A stretch of 53,143 bases of DNA, filler included, from Streblomastix strix (GCA_008636045.1; 2 parts of 2 records of this genome joined end to end with filler, not necessarily neighbours in it); one strand, 5' to 3'; positions 27,590 to 41,861 are shown, numbered from the whole stretch's first letter. Numbers and translations are program-made. Notes: a model not told the origin generated them from the letters alone.

Positions 27590-29520
27590 CTCTCTACATC
27601 TGCGACAGGTCCAGAAGGAAGGCGCCCACATTGCCTGGTAGAAGTTTTTGATCCATATCTTTCATTCTCTGTCCCATCTACAGAATCTTATCTGCTTATC
27701 CAAGGAAAAGGAATTTAGTGGATAAAATCTTTAGTTTGGTTAACCACGATTGTCCAGGCCAAATCGGTTCTATTATTATTCCCTATGCTTTGTCTTATTT
27801 TATTTTATGTAATACTCTATTTTATACTGGTATTGGTGGATGGATGTATAGTTTAGCTTTACTCCATTTGTAATTGAACACTTTATGGAAGTGTATACCC
27901 ATATTGTTGAGATCTACTGTAACATAGTTATTTGAGTAGTTTGTTATACTGCGTTGCGAATATTTATATCTGTGGCATGAAATTCCATGTGTTACAGATC
28001 ATTTAAAACATTCCGTCCTTCAGTGTGTAGTCTCTTGATCTGCATAGTCTCGAGAGTGAATATATCGTTGAATTCAGTCTTTTTGGATGTGGACTGCAAT
28101 GATTTATAGTTAAAATCTTTTCACTAGGTATAATACATGTTTTATTCTTTCTATCTGGGATTCCATCCCTTTCCATTTCCCAATATAGTAGACTGCTGTT
28201 TTGTTTTCTGAACATTACAAGAAAGCCTGATATTGCTTCTTCTTGAAGATTTGCTCGAAACGGAGTTGCTCCTAATAAATAGCTTTTATTTCTTTAGCGT
28301 TACTTGCCATTTCTGCTTCCCTTTCGCTCCAACAGTCGTGTTGTATCAATTCTATATAATTTTCCTGCACTAATGATGTTCCCCAGCCTTGTGGTGACGC
28401 GTCTGTTTTTAACATGCATGTTATTGTTCTATTAATCAATGACTCTGGTTGGTTATCCCCTATTCTCCTTATCGACCACTTCAATTCATTGATTACCGTT
28501 TTATTTACTATCGTAATATCGTCCCATGGTATTGTTTTCAGTATTTGTGTCTTCGCTTTATCTAGTTCCATTAGGTACAGAGACGCTTCTTTTATCTGGT
28601 GTCAATGGAAATTCAGCCTACCTATCAACGCTGCTAGTTATCTTATTTTTTCACTATCAGTCTTAAATATTGCACTGCGCCAATGCTTCAATGTTTGTAT
28701 CATTTTCAACTTTCTTTCATCTGACAATCTTTTATTCATCTCCTTCAGGTTTTATATCCATCCCACGAATGTTATTATCTATTTCGGTTCTGTTTCGCAT
28801 TTCTCTGCTGATATTATCCATCCGAACTATTCCAATGTTTTCATTATTTCCATTGTTTATGTTCTAAGAATTTGTTTATTCTGATGGATTAGAAGTATAT
28901 CGTCGCAATAGTTTAGATTTTTAATTTCTGAATTTATTCTTATTTGTCTAAAGATTGATTCTATTGCTTCTGCGAAGAAGATTGGGCTATGTTTGGTCCC
29001 AAACTGCATTGTTTTGTATGCGTAGTTATTATTATTAAAGTTAAATGCTATGTATGGTATTGAGTTTGGAGATACTGAGATGAGGAGAAATGCCGATTTG
29101 AGGTTGAGAGACGTTACGTTATCCATTAAATTCGCAAGGTATTGTACTTTTTCCAGACCATGCATCTTGAAGTGTAATTTCTCTATTTCTTTATTTAACT
29201 TGCTCGCATCCAGAATCTTTCTCCATGTTCCATTGAGTTTCTTTATCAGGAATGTATGGTTTCACCATTTCACTTGATCCTGTTAAATAGGCATTATTAT
29301 TCCTTCTTCCAATTCTTCTTTCAACATTTCTTGGTAAGCTTTCTTCTCTTCTTATGTTCCTCTAAAAGGGTATTATCACTATATTCTCTTCTAATCTCTA
29401 TTAATTTTCATAATCTTTAAATTTCAGATAGAATCTGGTATTTATGAAATTTTCTTTCCCTATCTGTTTCCATGCTTATATGAATCTTTTAGTCTTTCCC
29501 CTTATTCCATTGTCTTTCTC
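27590..29520 (-). pseudogene. DIRS reverse transcriptase - RNase H - methyltransferase-like ORF (disrupted)
   Basis: WRKILDAS, SLNLKSAF (catalytic D changed to N), MQFG, YCDD, RNase H TDAS..GWG..SNAKE, MT-like YIHPPIP/WPGQSW. In-frame TGAs, for example 29264-29262. Confidence 0.88.
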
Positions 29521-29549
29521 TTTATATATTAATTCTCCAATCCTTTTCT

Positions 29550-32500
29550 CCATCTCCTGAGGAGCCATCGTCATCAGCGCGCTCCTCTCCTCTATTCCAG
29601 AGGGAGATCTCAACGCTGATCTCCCTTGGTTGGAGTGTCCCTGCCCGATCAGGGGCTATCTTCCTCCTAGCCCTCGTTGTTAGAGTTTTTTGGTTCGGGA
29701 TTAACCTATTCAGATTTTTTCTTGCCTCTATTGGGCGCAGCTTTATGTTTTGGAACTTTGGAAGTTGTTTTTGTTTGAGTTAGGGCATTGCTGCCCTAAC
29801 TTTCCTCGGAGGCATTCAAGCCTTCGGTTTTTGATTTTCTACTTCTTTTTCTTTACTCAGGCTTCTCCTGTACTCCGACTAGAGCAGGGCCTGAAACATC
29901 TTCTTCCATTTAACTCAAGGCATTTAAAATCTGGTTGTCTTATGGCTATGTGCCTAGATTCTCTAAAACTAGGGTCTATGAGATTAAATTAGCTCTATTA
30001 TCTTTAATTTGGTTTAATGGTGCTTCATCTGTTTACTCATCTTCTTCCTCTTCAGCATTATCCTCATTGCTTTCATTTATTTACGGATCTGTACTTTCCC
30101 TATTACTGTCTGATATTAATCCCGCTTCCATTAACCTCGGCCCTGCATTTAAGCCTGGGCTCCAGACACCAGAACTCGGTTACAAACCAGTTAGCTGTCC
30201 AACAGTTCCCTGAATATCAGGTAGGTCAACATTTATATTGTTGAGATCATTATTCTGTTATTATTGAAGTTATTGCTTTAGCAATTATTATTTCAATTTT
30301 CTCTCAGCTTTCTTTAGTCTTTATTTAGCTCCTCTTCTATGAGTTGATTTCTTTGCTGAGGTATAGAGTAGCTATATTTAGCTGTTTAATTTGTCTCTAT
30401 TCATTCCGGTATTAATCATCATTGGTAAAAGTGAAATTATCCATTATTAGGTTTTTGGACCAGTTTCCTACTATTATTATTTAGTTATTTCCCTGAAGAT
30501 TCATTATTAGATCATTTAATGTAATTGTTGTGGGGCTTATTTAGGTGTTAGGTTATTATTATTGTTTATCACTCCAATTTCTTGTTGCCATTCATTCTCT
30601 GAATTCGATATGCTATACTATTCTTTCTCCCTTTATAATGCAGCTAACTTCTCCTTTAGTATTTCTTATTCATCAATGTCATCTTGGCTCGGTGGTTAAT
30701 CTTTTCTCCCTTTCTATTTTGGTGCCTGGGTTAGAATTTGTTACTTTGGTTGTACATGTATTTGTTGTTCTCTTTATATTTAATTGGGTAGGTTGTTTGA
30801 GCTATGATGTTGTTACCTGATGTTAAGGGACCTCATCTTCCGTCCAGGTTGAGTCTCAATCACTATAGTTCTCTAGGTCTTTCTGCATCTGTGTGCGTTT
30901 TGTCCAATCATCATTTGGATTGCCATCCCAGCCTTCTTCTCTATTCCTGTTTTCAAATTAATGTGTTCTGTTCCGGTTTATCGGGTTCTTTGTCTTGTTA
31001 AAGACTTACATGGTACATGGGTCATATTTTTATGCTTCTCTATATCTCTCCTCTTAATTCGATTAGTCTCTATCTTGATAACTCTGTATTCTTCCTTAAT
31101 AACTATATCCTCTTCCTCTATATGATCCTCGGCCTCTACCCCTTGACTCATTTCTTGTTTCAAATCCATTATGATTTCTATCAACATCCATTCTAGTTTC
31201 TCTTGGACTTTAGTAGTCTGTAGACCTTGAATAACTCCTTGATCCTGATCGTTCTCTCGATTCACTTCTTCTGTCGGGAGGGTCATATCTTGATCTCTTG
31301 CTGTGCGGTGATAAGGACCTATTTCTATGTCTTCCAAATCTGGTTTTGAATTCCTGTATTATTGTTTTGGCTGGTTATAATGTTTCTGAGTCATCTTCTG
31401 AATCATATTCTTTCCTCACACATGCTACTCTCAAATCAAAATTAAGTTCTCTACAGAATGATCTAACAGCATCTATAGAAGGTGTCTAACCCTGTTATTT
31501 TGACTATCTCTAATCTGTCGCATGCGGTACATCTGGACCAAATCCCGGCCAACATTATCCTTCATCATCTTTGCCTACTAGTATTAGATCGAATCCTTTT
31601 AACATCCATCTACGCATCTGGTCCTTGATAGTTTCTTTTGTCAATTCGTTTGGAATTCCTGGAATTTCTTGTTCTGCGTTCAAAGCAGGAGGGAAGATTG
31701 TTGACTATGGTATTACTGCATTTCTTTGTGTACATAGTCCATGATCTGGTGGAGACCAGTCTCTAGGTCCTGCGTTTGGTGGTGACATATCGTTTTGTGT
31801 TCTCGCAATCTAAGCTTCTTAGTTCAGTTCGAAGGCTTGGCTCTCGTTTTAATTCAGCACTGGCCTCTTTATTTGATTCCAGATCGCTGATGGTGTTAAT
31901 TAGCGAAATTTCTTAGTTTTGACTCCTTCTTTCGCAGCTATTGAATTCCTAACAACAAATTCGTGATTCCTATCGCATCTTTGTTCGCTGTGTCGCTCCT
32001 TGCAATGACCTGCGCTCCCAGCATGTGCGATCCTGCTTCGCTATTTAAGTGCGAGTTATTTGAATTCGCAGCTAAATTAAAATAGTTTGCGTTGGTTCCG
32101 TTCTCGTTCCGTGCTCTTGCAAAATGCGTTCTCTCGGCTTCTCTTAAATTATGAATCATCTAGCTGAGTATGTTAATTGCAAAATTATCTTCCTGTTGTT
32201 CACACAAGTGTGCCAGCATTCCTTGGCCTATTCTGAAGTTGTATAACTCCAGTGCTTGCTCTCTCTGCAAAATTTTGTCAATCGGACTGCGCTTCGAGTC
32301 TAGTACTTCATCTGATACTGGTACCGATGTAATTGGCAATAGCTAAGGGCATTGTATCTATCTTCTCCGAGCTTCACCATTCTGTTCGTCTAGGATATTC
32401 GTTGCCCAGAAATCAATCTCGCTCGCTTGCACCCCAGTCGTCGCCTCCAAGATCTTTGCCATAAGCGCTTGCGTTCTCTCACTGACCGCCTGCCTCGGAG

Positions 32501-32621
32501 TTAGTTATCGCTCGATGTCTTGCAACGTTGGCTGCAGCTCTGCCTAAAGAAACTTTCCGATCTCGTCTCCCATCTCCGGTTGCTCGACTGCGGTCGCGAC
32601 GGGTGTTTTTGCAGTGAACAT
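29550..32621 (-). pseudogene. DIRS ORF1 (gag-like, low-complexity)
   Basis: One frame joins the 32544-32852 and 31938-32159 ORF pieces with TAR=Gln. It lies upstream of RT. The 3' boundary is approximate. Confidence 0.55.
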
Positions 32622-32840
32622 TGGTGGGTCGAAATTCACAACCAGTCCCAGCTCTGACGGTTCCGGTTTTATTGAATTCTTTGAAATTTTTGAAAAATGG
32701 CCACCCCATAGATCGGATTTCTGTTCACGAACCGACCGTATTGGAGCCACAATGGTATCACAATAAAGAGATGAGATAAGGAGAGAAGATGGTAACCAAT
32801 TATTATCCTTGTCTCCCTTGGAGACAGGATACTCTCTAGG

Positions 32841-32990
32841 TAATGGTGGCAATAGAAGAAAGAAAAATATTTGTGGGAATAAACAGATGAAGGGAAGAAA
32901 TATTTGATGGAGAAAAGAGAAAAAAAGAAAAAGATTTGATTTACTAGTTACTATAGAAAAGTAGAATATACCTTCACAAAAGTAAATTTA
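32841..32990 (+). pseudogene. 3' remnant of a paralog of the 45784+ gene, cut by the DIRS insertion
   Basis: QWWQQKKEKYLWEQTDEGKKYL matches QWQQWMEEKDLWEQTDEGKKYL at about 47277-47345. Confidence 0.7.
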
Positions 32991-33468
32991 TTCTAATTTT
33001 TATACATTTGTACATATTATTAAGTTTTAATTATATTAATTTATGTTAAACATTTCAAATATTAAATATAAAATTGAATAATAAATTTATGACACTAATC
33101 TTCATATTTATTATTTATTTATTAATATTGATAATGATTAATAAATTACTACTGGAAAAGACATTAAGTCAGTTGAATTATTATATATTTGATGTGAAAT
33201 TGAAAATTTTGAAGTTTATCAGAAAATAATAAAATATAAATAGTTAGAGATAGATAAAATAAAAGATAAAATAGAGAAAACGATAAGAACAGAGAAAAAT
33301 AAATAATTTATGGAAAATAAAATAAAAACTGCTAAACAAAATGGATTTGAATTGAATTGAGAGATGAATATTAGAAGGTGAATGAAATGGAATGACAGTA
33401 AAACCTTTTCACTCATAATTTTATAGTCATGTTCCATTTCATTTTTTGATTGATGAAGAAGATTATAT

Positions 33469-36400
33469 TCAATTAGTTAAACGTTAGGCAATTTCTTGAT
33501 ATTCAATAATGTCATCAATTGTGAATCGCTTTTAGACATCCTTTATTATATATATAAAAAGAAATAAATTATAATTATTATTTTATATATTATTTTTACA
33601 AAAAATTATTAATTATATATATTAAATGAAAATAAAATATATTTTAAATAAATATACTTTAATAAGCATTTTCATAATCAGATTCTTTATCCTATCTGAA
33701 TATTGAAATGGAAGTTCTTGTGGATTTGATTCTGTAATAATTTTAATCAAATCATCCAATGTCACATTATCCTTATAAATAAATAAAATAATTTAATATC
33801 AAAAGATAATATTAAATATAAATATATAACGAAAAAATGACTAATTATATACCTTATTATTTACAAAAGGATGTTTCTATGCCAGAATTTCATAACAAAT
33901 TACGCCCATTGCCCAAATATCTGCTGCCTGTGTTTGGATAATTTTACTTATAGAAGAAATATAAGAATTTAGATAAAACAAAATATTAAAGTAAAATATA
34001 TTTTTTAAATATAATATTTTTTACCTTCTTTCTCCTTCATTTGAGCGCTTTAATAGTTCTGGAGATTAATATAATCTAAATTATTTTAAAAAGTGATTAA
34101 TATAAAAATTAATATAATATTAAATAAAAAAATAAACCTTTTATTAATTATGTTTATAAATTTATAAATTACTAATATTTAATATCTAATTAGCAAACAT
34201 TGTGCCAACTTGCATTGTTGTATAATCTTTTCCAAACTATAATTGCCTAGTTAAAGCAAGGTCAGCTGTAATTATAAACAGTAAATATAAATAATTAATT
34301 AGTTAAATACATATATTCAATTATTATTTATACCTAACTTAATTTTCAACTCATTTGTCAAAAGCACATTTTCACATTTAAGATCTCCATGTATTCTCCT
34401 GGTTGAATGAAGTTGATAAACAGCACAAGCTAATTCAGTAATCATTGCCCAAGCATCCTAAATGATAAATAAATAAAAATAAGTAAAAAATTATATTAAT
34501 TTAAATTAATTTAAATTAATTTAAATAAATTGAATTTATAATATAAATTAAATAAATCTTTAAACTTCTTCATTAATCATTTTTCCATCATTTTTCAAAT
34601 TGTTAATAAACTTCCTCAAGTCACCTCTTTCACAATATTCCATAACTATGTAAGATATAATTCCATCATCACTTAAGAAGAATCCCAATGGTTAAACCAT
34701 TCTAATTATTTAATTTGGGAAGTTAAGTTTAATCTCATCATATGTATTTTTTAGATTTTCTCGTTCTTTATTTACAAATAATTTCTCTTCATCAGAATAA
34801 TAACTCATTTATTTCCACGCAACAATATTTCCTGTTTTTATATTAACTGCTTTCCATACTTCACCAAATGCACCTTTACCAAGTCGTTCCATTCGATTGA
34901 CTAATATTTATAAATTAATAAATATGATTAAAAAAAAATAAAATTTGAATTAATAAAATTAAAATAAATATATTATTAATTTTATTTATATGTATAAATT
35001 TAGATAAAAAAATCATTATAAAATAGAAAATTAATAAATTTAAATAATTGTATTAATATTTTTAAATAAATTATTATTTAAATAAGATTGTATACAATCT
35101 GTTTGCTTCCAATTTACAGTATATGTATTATTTGAATTATGATTTTTATTCTGTGAAGATGAAGAAGAATTTTGGTTTATTTCTTACATATTATATTCCA
35201 ATTATTATTATTATTTAATTATTCTCTTTCTTTGTTATTTTACTTAATAATTATTATATCCCCTTGAGCAATTAGATTTACAATTAGAACAACTATCGGA
35301 AAATTTACAACATAAACATATAATGATTATCAATATTAATGCAAGAGAAACAGATACAATTAGGAATATTATCCACTTGGGGAAATTAGATTTTTATGTC
35401 AAATCTTATTCAAAATCATCTTTATCTTAATCCTTTTTACAATCATCTCGTGGATCATTTTCAATGCAAGCACAATCTTATTCAGTCTTTCCTGTTACAT
35501 CTGTGCAGTCAATTGGTACTGTGCAAATATCAATTCTTGGATCATTTTCAATACATTCACATTCTTATTCAGTCTTACCTATTACATCTGTGCAGTCAAT
35601 TGGTACTGTGCAAATATCAATTCTTGGATCATTTTCAATACATTCACATTCTTATTCAGTCTTTCCTGTTACATCTGTGCAGTCAATTGGTACTGTGCAA
35701 ATATCAATTCTTGGATCATTTTCAATACATTCACATTCTTATTTAGTCTTACCTATTACATCTGTGCAGTCAATTGGTGGTGGGCAAATATCAATTCTTG
35801 GATCATCTTCAATGCATTCACATTCTTATTCAGTTTTTCCTGTTAAATCTGTGCAGTCAATTGGAAATGGACAGTTAAATTTATTTTCATCAATATCTTC
35901 ATTCCAAAATTATTCAAGTTATTTTTATTATTATTTAATTTATTCAATAGGTGAAAAATTGAAAGTTGTGAAATTAATTGGAATTCCTTCAAGTTCACAT
36001 AAGTATGATGTAGAATCACTATAATTCCCTTTAACATATTCTCCTTTAATTCCATATTGACACCATTCTTATAATTTAGTCATTACTAAATACAAACTTT
36101 ATCCTCCATTTGATGCTGAATTATTGTATATTTTCAATCCTCTAAAATCTAAATCATTTGAAGATGGATCATAATCTCCTTCTCCAGCAAGAAAGATTCC
36201 ACCGCCAAATCCTGTTGAATAAGATATTGATTAATTTGAAATTGCTTAACACCCCTTGATTAAGATATCATCTATAATAAACTGATTTTGAGTAGTTAAA
36301 TTAGCATTAATATATATTCCACCACCATTTGGAGCTCTGCAATTATTGATTGTTATGCTACTAATTGAAATTGATTAATTATTATTAATATAACAGTATA

Positions 36401-38585
36401 TCCCACCACCACTGTCAGATGCAGAACAATTATTTATGAGAATTTAGTTGGATTAATTTATAATTATACTATTATTATTGTAATTAATATATTATCCAAT
36501 ATATATTCCACCTCCATATGTAGCTTTACATTCTTTGAATATAAGATTGTTTGATGTAATTTCAAGAATGTTATTCTTAAAATAGCAAATATAATATATC
36601 CCACCACCATTATAGGCTGAACAATTAAAGAATGTCGTATTAATAAACTCCAGAGTACTATTATTATTATATTCCAAGTATATTCCTCCACCATAATATG
36701 AAGCACTACAACTGCTGAATGTTAATCCATTAATAACTTATTATGTTGGACTAGACATATCTAGAAAGATCCCACCACCACCATTGCTACTGCTGCAATT
36801 CTCAAATATGACTTTGTTCAATTTAGCAACACCATAATTTTCACAATCAATAAGCATTCCCCCACCAGCAGAATAAGATTGACATCCTTTGAATAAACAA
36901 TCTTCCAATCTGAGTAAACTACTGGAACTGTAAATCCGAGCATAAAGCCCACCACCATTAACAGCATAACAATCTATGAATTAACATTATCCATCAATTG
37001 ATAATTTGGATCCTGAATCTATCTCAGCAAAGATTCCACCACCAATAACTTCAGATTTACATTCTTTAAATGAAGAATTAGAAATAGAACCCTGACTTCC
37101 ATTATATATTCCTAGAAATAAAGCTCCTCCATATGAATTGTATGAACTGTTTGAGTTTATTTCACAATAAATGAAATTGCAGTTACTTATGTATAATCTA
37201 CTAAATGAATTATTCAATGTTATTTCCATAACTCCTCCATATCAATTATTATATGAATAATTATTATATTTTGAAATGTTTTCAAAGTTGCAATCATTTA
37301 TGTTAATAACACTTGTAGAGCTATTAATATAGATTGAACTGGAATTAGATTAAATATCTTTGATATTCAGATTAGAAATTGTAAGATTTCCATTATCTAA
37401 TCTGAGAAGTCTCTTTTGAATTGTTATTCCTGATTAATTCGTTCTCATTTAACAATCGTTCAATTCAATTGAAGTTGATAATCCTTATCCGAAAATAATA
37501 TAATTACCAATTGTACTTCCAGATGATACAATGAAATTGATATTTTCAAATAGAATTGAACCAGAAACATTGAAATATGTGCTTGTTTCATTAATGATTA
37601 AATCACTAAATGAAGAAAGACTTGTTAAATCCTTTGCAAATCTTCTTACTTGAGATGTTTGTGTTATTGTAAGTGTAGATGGAAGGGTTGATTTATCATA
37701 GATATAGACATTGTAATCATTAACTGTATTAATATTATTAACAATTGTATTTGCATTGAGTGTCTTACATGGATTTGATGATGTGCATGTTTGTGTATCA
37801 ATTCCAGATTCTCTCACATAATAATCAAGACAACTGACATCTAAGAAACTAATTGATGATGAAAAGATTAGAAGAATTATGATGATAATTGGAAAGTTCT
37901 TATTCTTATTAAATTTTAGTTTATTATCTATAATTGATTATTCATTATTGTTGAGATATTGAATTACTACTGAGTAAATGAAATGTGTAACAATAGAAAT
38001 TACTGTAATTAATACTATCAACTGAGAAATGTGCTGACAAATGAAGTTTAGAAGATCTTACACATTATTATGATGCTTTACTTCAAATTAGTTAATTTCT
38101 ATTAATAATTAATGATGATTGAGCTAAGAAATTGGTTCAGTATATCTTTATGTGGAAGAAATAGTGTAGTTAGAATAATGGTCATACATCGACAATGAAT
38201 TATCCAATATGTAACAGATATAATTCTCATTATTTATGAAAGCTTAACATCTCATAGGCAAATTGTAAATGAATTAATCAATAGGAAATTTCGAATTTGG
38301 CAATTCAACAGTATTTTAGTTCAATTAAGTTGCAACGATTTACGGATAGTGACACTGACCAAGTTTCTCTGGGTATTATACCAATCCAATAAAAGGATGT
38401 GAAGCGCTGTTCAAAATATAGCAGTTGATTTTGATTGCTGCATTGACGTCTATAGGTAAAATATTTGGCAAGTTCATCATTTTTATTGCCAATAATGTAG
38501 CCTATCCAAGCAACAAAGAACAGATAGCTGCAAATGAAATGCGGTACGTGGAGAATGACGATTGGAACTTCAGCGAGTTTTTCAT
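33469..38585 (-). CDS. receptor-like protein kinase: leader, GG-repeat (Pmp/beta-helix-like) ectodomain, Cys-rich stalk repeats, TM, NEK-like kinase; one in-frame TGA
   Basis: ATG 38585 (MKNSLKFQSS...), repeated FxxCxAxxGGGIY, TM WIIFLIVSVSLALILIIIICLCC, kinase motifs GKGAFG, VAWK, MEYCERGDL, HGDLKCEN, DLA, SPE, DIWAMG split by several GT-AG introns, stop 33471-33469. In-frame TGA at 37244-37242, so it may be a pseudogene. Confidence 0.82.
35450..35875 (-). repeat. ~5 tandem 87-bp repeats encoding CTVPIDCTDVTGKTEQECECIENDPRIDI
   Basis: Near-identical 87-nt units, in frame in the receptor stalk. Confidence 0.9.
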
Positions 38586-39220
38586 GCGTGAATCTATTTG
38601 TATAATAAATAGTTATAGATAAAAATATGCGCTAATTTATTTATTGATCTATTAAAATGCATTTGCAACAAGTTATATAATGGTAGTCGAACAGAAAATG
38701 CTTTTTTATAAAATATTATTCTAAGTTCTTAGATATGCAATATTTTATATTAATATTATTATTAAAATATCTATAATATTGAATTAATTAATAATTCAAT
38801 ACAAATATTCACTAATATTAATTGGTTAAGACGATAAAAAAAACTTTCTTTTGATATGAATATCTTCATAGATAAAATAATATATTTTGATTTGGTTAAA
38901 AAATTATTCAAATATATTCATCTGGATCATCATAAGAACATAATATTTACTAATTTTAACTATATAAAAAAAAATTAATTAAAGTTGAAAATAGTTTGTT
39001 TTTTTTAAAAAAAAAATATTTCAATGTTGTTAATATATAATAATATTGCATATAACAGATTTGTATCAATTATATCAATAACAATAAATAAATATTAAAA
39101 TGAAAAAATAAGAAAATCAAGAAAAAAAGTTTAATTAAAAAAAATCACTAAAAAAATAAAATAAATACTTAAATTTGATCGACAGTAGTAATATTTAATT
39201 TTGATTGATAAAAGCAATAT

Positions 39221-41829
39221 TCAATTTGCATCTTCATCTTAATCATATGGATGATCATTATCTTAATATGAATCAACACTATCCAAATCAAGATTTAATT
39301 CTTCTCTTTCATCTTCATCGGGTTTCAATTTGTCTTATTTCTTCTTTTATTTTTGCTTTTTCTTGTTTTCTTTATCCTGTTGCTTCTTTTTGTCTAATAA
39401 TGCTGGTAAATCAACATCATCTTCTGATGTTGTGTATAAGATACCAAATAAGACATCTCCTAAATGAAGGAATTCATCTGCACCATCTTCTTCAATTTCA
39501 CGCAGTTGTTCTTCTGGGTTTTCTAAGTTTGACAAAAACTATAAATGTGTAATATAGTAATAATAAATAAAAATTAATATATTAATATATTAAAATATTA
39601 ATAAAATTAATATAATTCATATTTAAATAAATTTAAAATAATCTGTTTCATATTTTACTAAATAAATTGCAATAATTGATGTTATTATTATTTATTTCAC
39701 ATACTGGAACAAACATTTCTCCAATAGGTTCATCCCAAAGAATTTTGTCCTAATCCCAGACTTCAAACTTAACTTCTCGATCTTTAGTTTTCTTAGGATC
39801 AAAATCAAACTTATATTATCTGTTATAAACTGGATGCAAAGTCTTATGTGCAACTTCAGTTCTAAATTCTTATCCTCCTAAATTAAGCACAACATATGGA
39901 TCAGATTTACCACCAACATCAAATGGGATTAGATCACTCAATTCCTCTAAATATATATAAACATATCCAGGTACAAAATAAGTTTCATTCATTTTTATGT
40001 CTTCTGTCAGTTTCTTATTCTCTTCTCTCACGTTCTTTGACATGTGCAGCGATGGCTTCAGGAGATGGAATCTTTAATCTCGCAGCTTCACGGAGTGCTT
40101 TGATGGTTCTCTGACCTTGTGGAGGTTATGGTGGTTTGTTTTTTAGTTTATTTTCAAAATCTTTTTTGGCTTTTTCTTTTTCTTAATCTGGTTTGTTTTT
40201 ATCAGGAATTTAATTCTTTTTTCTTTCTTTTTCTTTTTGTTTATCTTTTGGATCTTTGCATTCATCATCTTCCTCATCTGATGGATAATCTTTTTATTTT
40301 GGCTTTCTTTATTTTTTATTTGGATCTTAATATTAATCATCTTCATCTTCATCTGGTGAATATCTTCCTTTTGAGGGTCTTATGCTTTTTGATTTTTTAA
40401 TTGGATCTTAATATTAATCATCTTAATCTTCATCGGGTTTCAATTTGTCTTATTTCTTCTTTTATTTCTATTTTTTCTTGTTTTCTTTCTCTTGTTGCTT
40501 CTTTTTGTCTAATAATGCTGGTAAATCAACATCATCTTCTGATGTTGTGTATAAGATTCCAAATAAGACATCTCCTAAATGAAGGAATTCATCTGCACCA
40601 TCTTCTTCAATTTCACGAAGTTGTTCTTCTGGCTTTTCTAAGTTTGATTAAAACTATAAATGCGTAATATAATTATAATAATAATAACAATTAAAAATTA
40701 ATAAAATAATTTATATCATATTTAGTTAAATTAATTATAATAATTAATATTAAAATATTTCACATATTGGAATAAACACCTCTTTTACAGGTTCATCCCA
40801 AAGAATTCTGTCTTAATCCCAGACTTCAAACTTAACTTCTCGATCTTTAGTTTTCTTAGGATCAAAATCGAACTTATATTATCTGTTATAAACTGGATGC
40901 AAAGTTTTATTTGCAACTTCAGTTCTAAATTCTTATCCACCTAAATTAAGCACAACATATGCATCAGATTTACCACCAACATCAAATGGGATTAGATCAC
41001 TCAATTCCTCCAAATATATATAAACATATCCAGGTACAAAATAAGTTTCATTCATTTTTATGTCTTCTGTCAGTTTCTTATTCTCTTCTCTCACGTTCTT
41101 TGACATGTGCAGCGATGGCTTCAGGAGATGGAATCTTTAATCTCGCAGCTTCACGGAGTGCTTTGATGGTTCTCTGACCTTGTGGAGGTTATGGTGGTTT
41201 GTTTTTTAGTTTATTTTCAAAATCTTTTTTGGCTTTTTCTTTATCTTTATCTGGTTTGTTTTAATCTGGTTTGTTTTAATCTGGAATTTAATTCTTTTTT
41301 CTTTCTTTTTCTTTTTGTTTATCTTTTGGATCTTTGTATTCATCATCTTCCTCATCTGAAGGATAATCTTTTTATTTTGGTTTTGATCTTCTTTATTTTT
41401 AATTTGGATCTTAATATTCATCATCTTCATCTTCATCTGGTGAATATCTTCCTTTTGGAGGTCTTAAGCTTTTTGATTTTTTATTTGGGTCTTAATATTC
41501 ATCATCTTCATCTTAATTTTCATCTTAATCTGGACTTTTTACACTTTAATTTGGATTTCTTGATTTCGGTTTTTCTTTCTCTTATTCCAATTATTTCTAT
41601 TTTTCCTTATCAATCATCTTATTATAATCTTATTGTGGTAGATATACTATTTCTATATACATATCTCCTGCTGCTTCATTCTGACCTTCATCTTGATCAC
41701 CAATTAGATTAAGATGAAGTTTTTATGGGTTGAGGAAGTAACGACCAAACTATGAATGGAAATAAATATATAAGAAAGTAAATTGTAAAATTACATATAA
41801 AAGTAAATAATTATATTTTAATCATTCAA

Positions 41830-41861
<32 letters not shown>

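Larger units (their letters stand above)
26661..32840 (-). mobile_element. decayed DIRS-like tyrosine-recombinase retrotransposon
   Basis: Order ORF1(gag-like), RT, RNase H, MT-like, YR on the minus strand, with higher GC than the flanks. The 5' edge is defined by resumption of homology to 47277+. Confidence 0.88.

Noticed and set aside
35396..36024. Plus-strand repetitive ORFs / possible CRISPR-like array
   Set aside because: Antisense shadows of the 87-bp coding repeats. The units are contiguous with no unique spacers.
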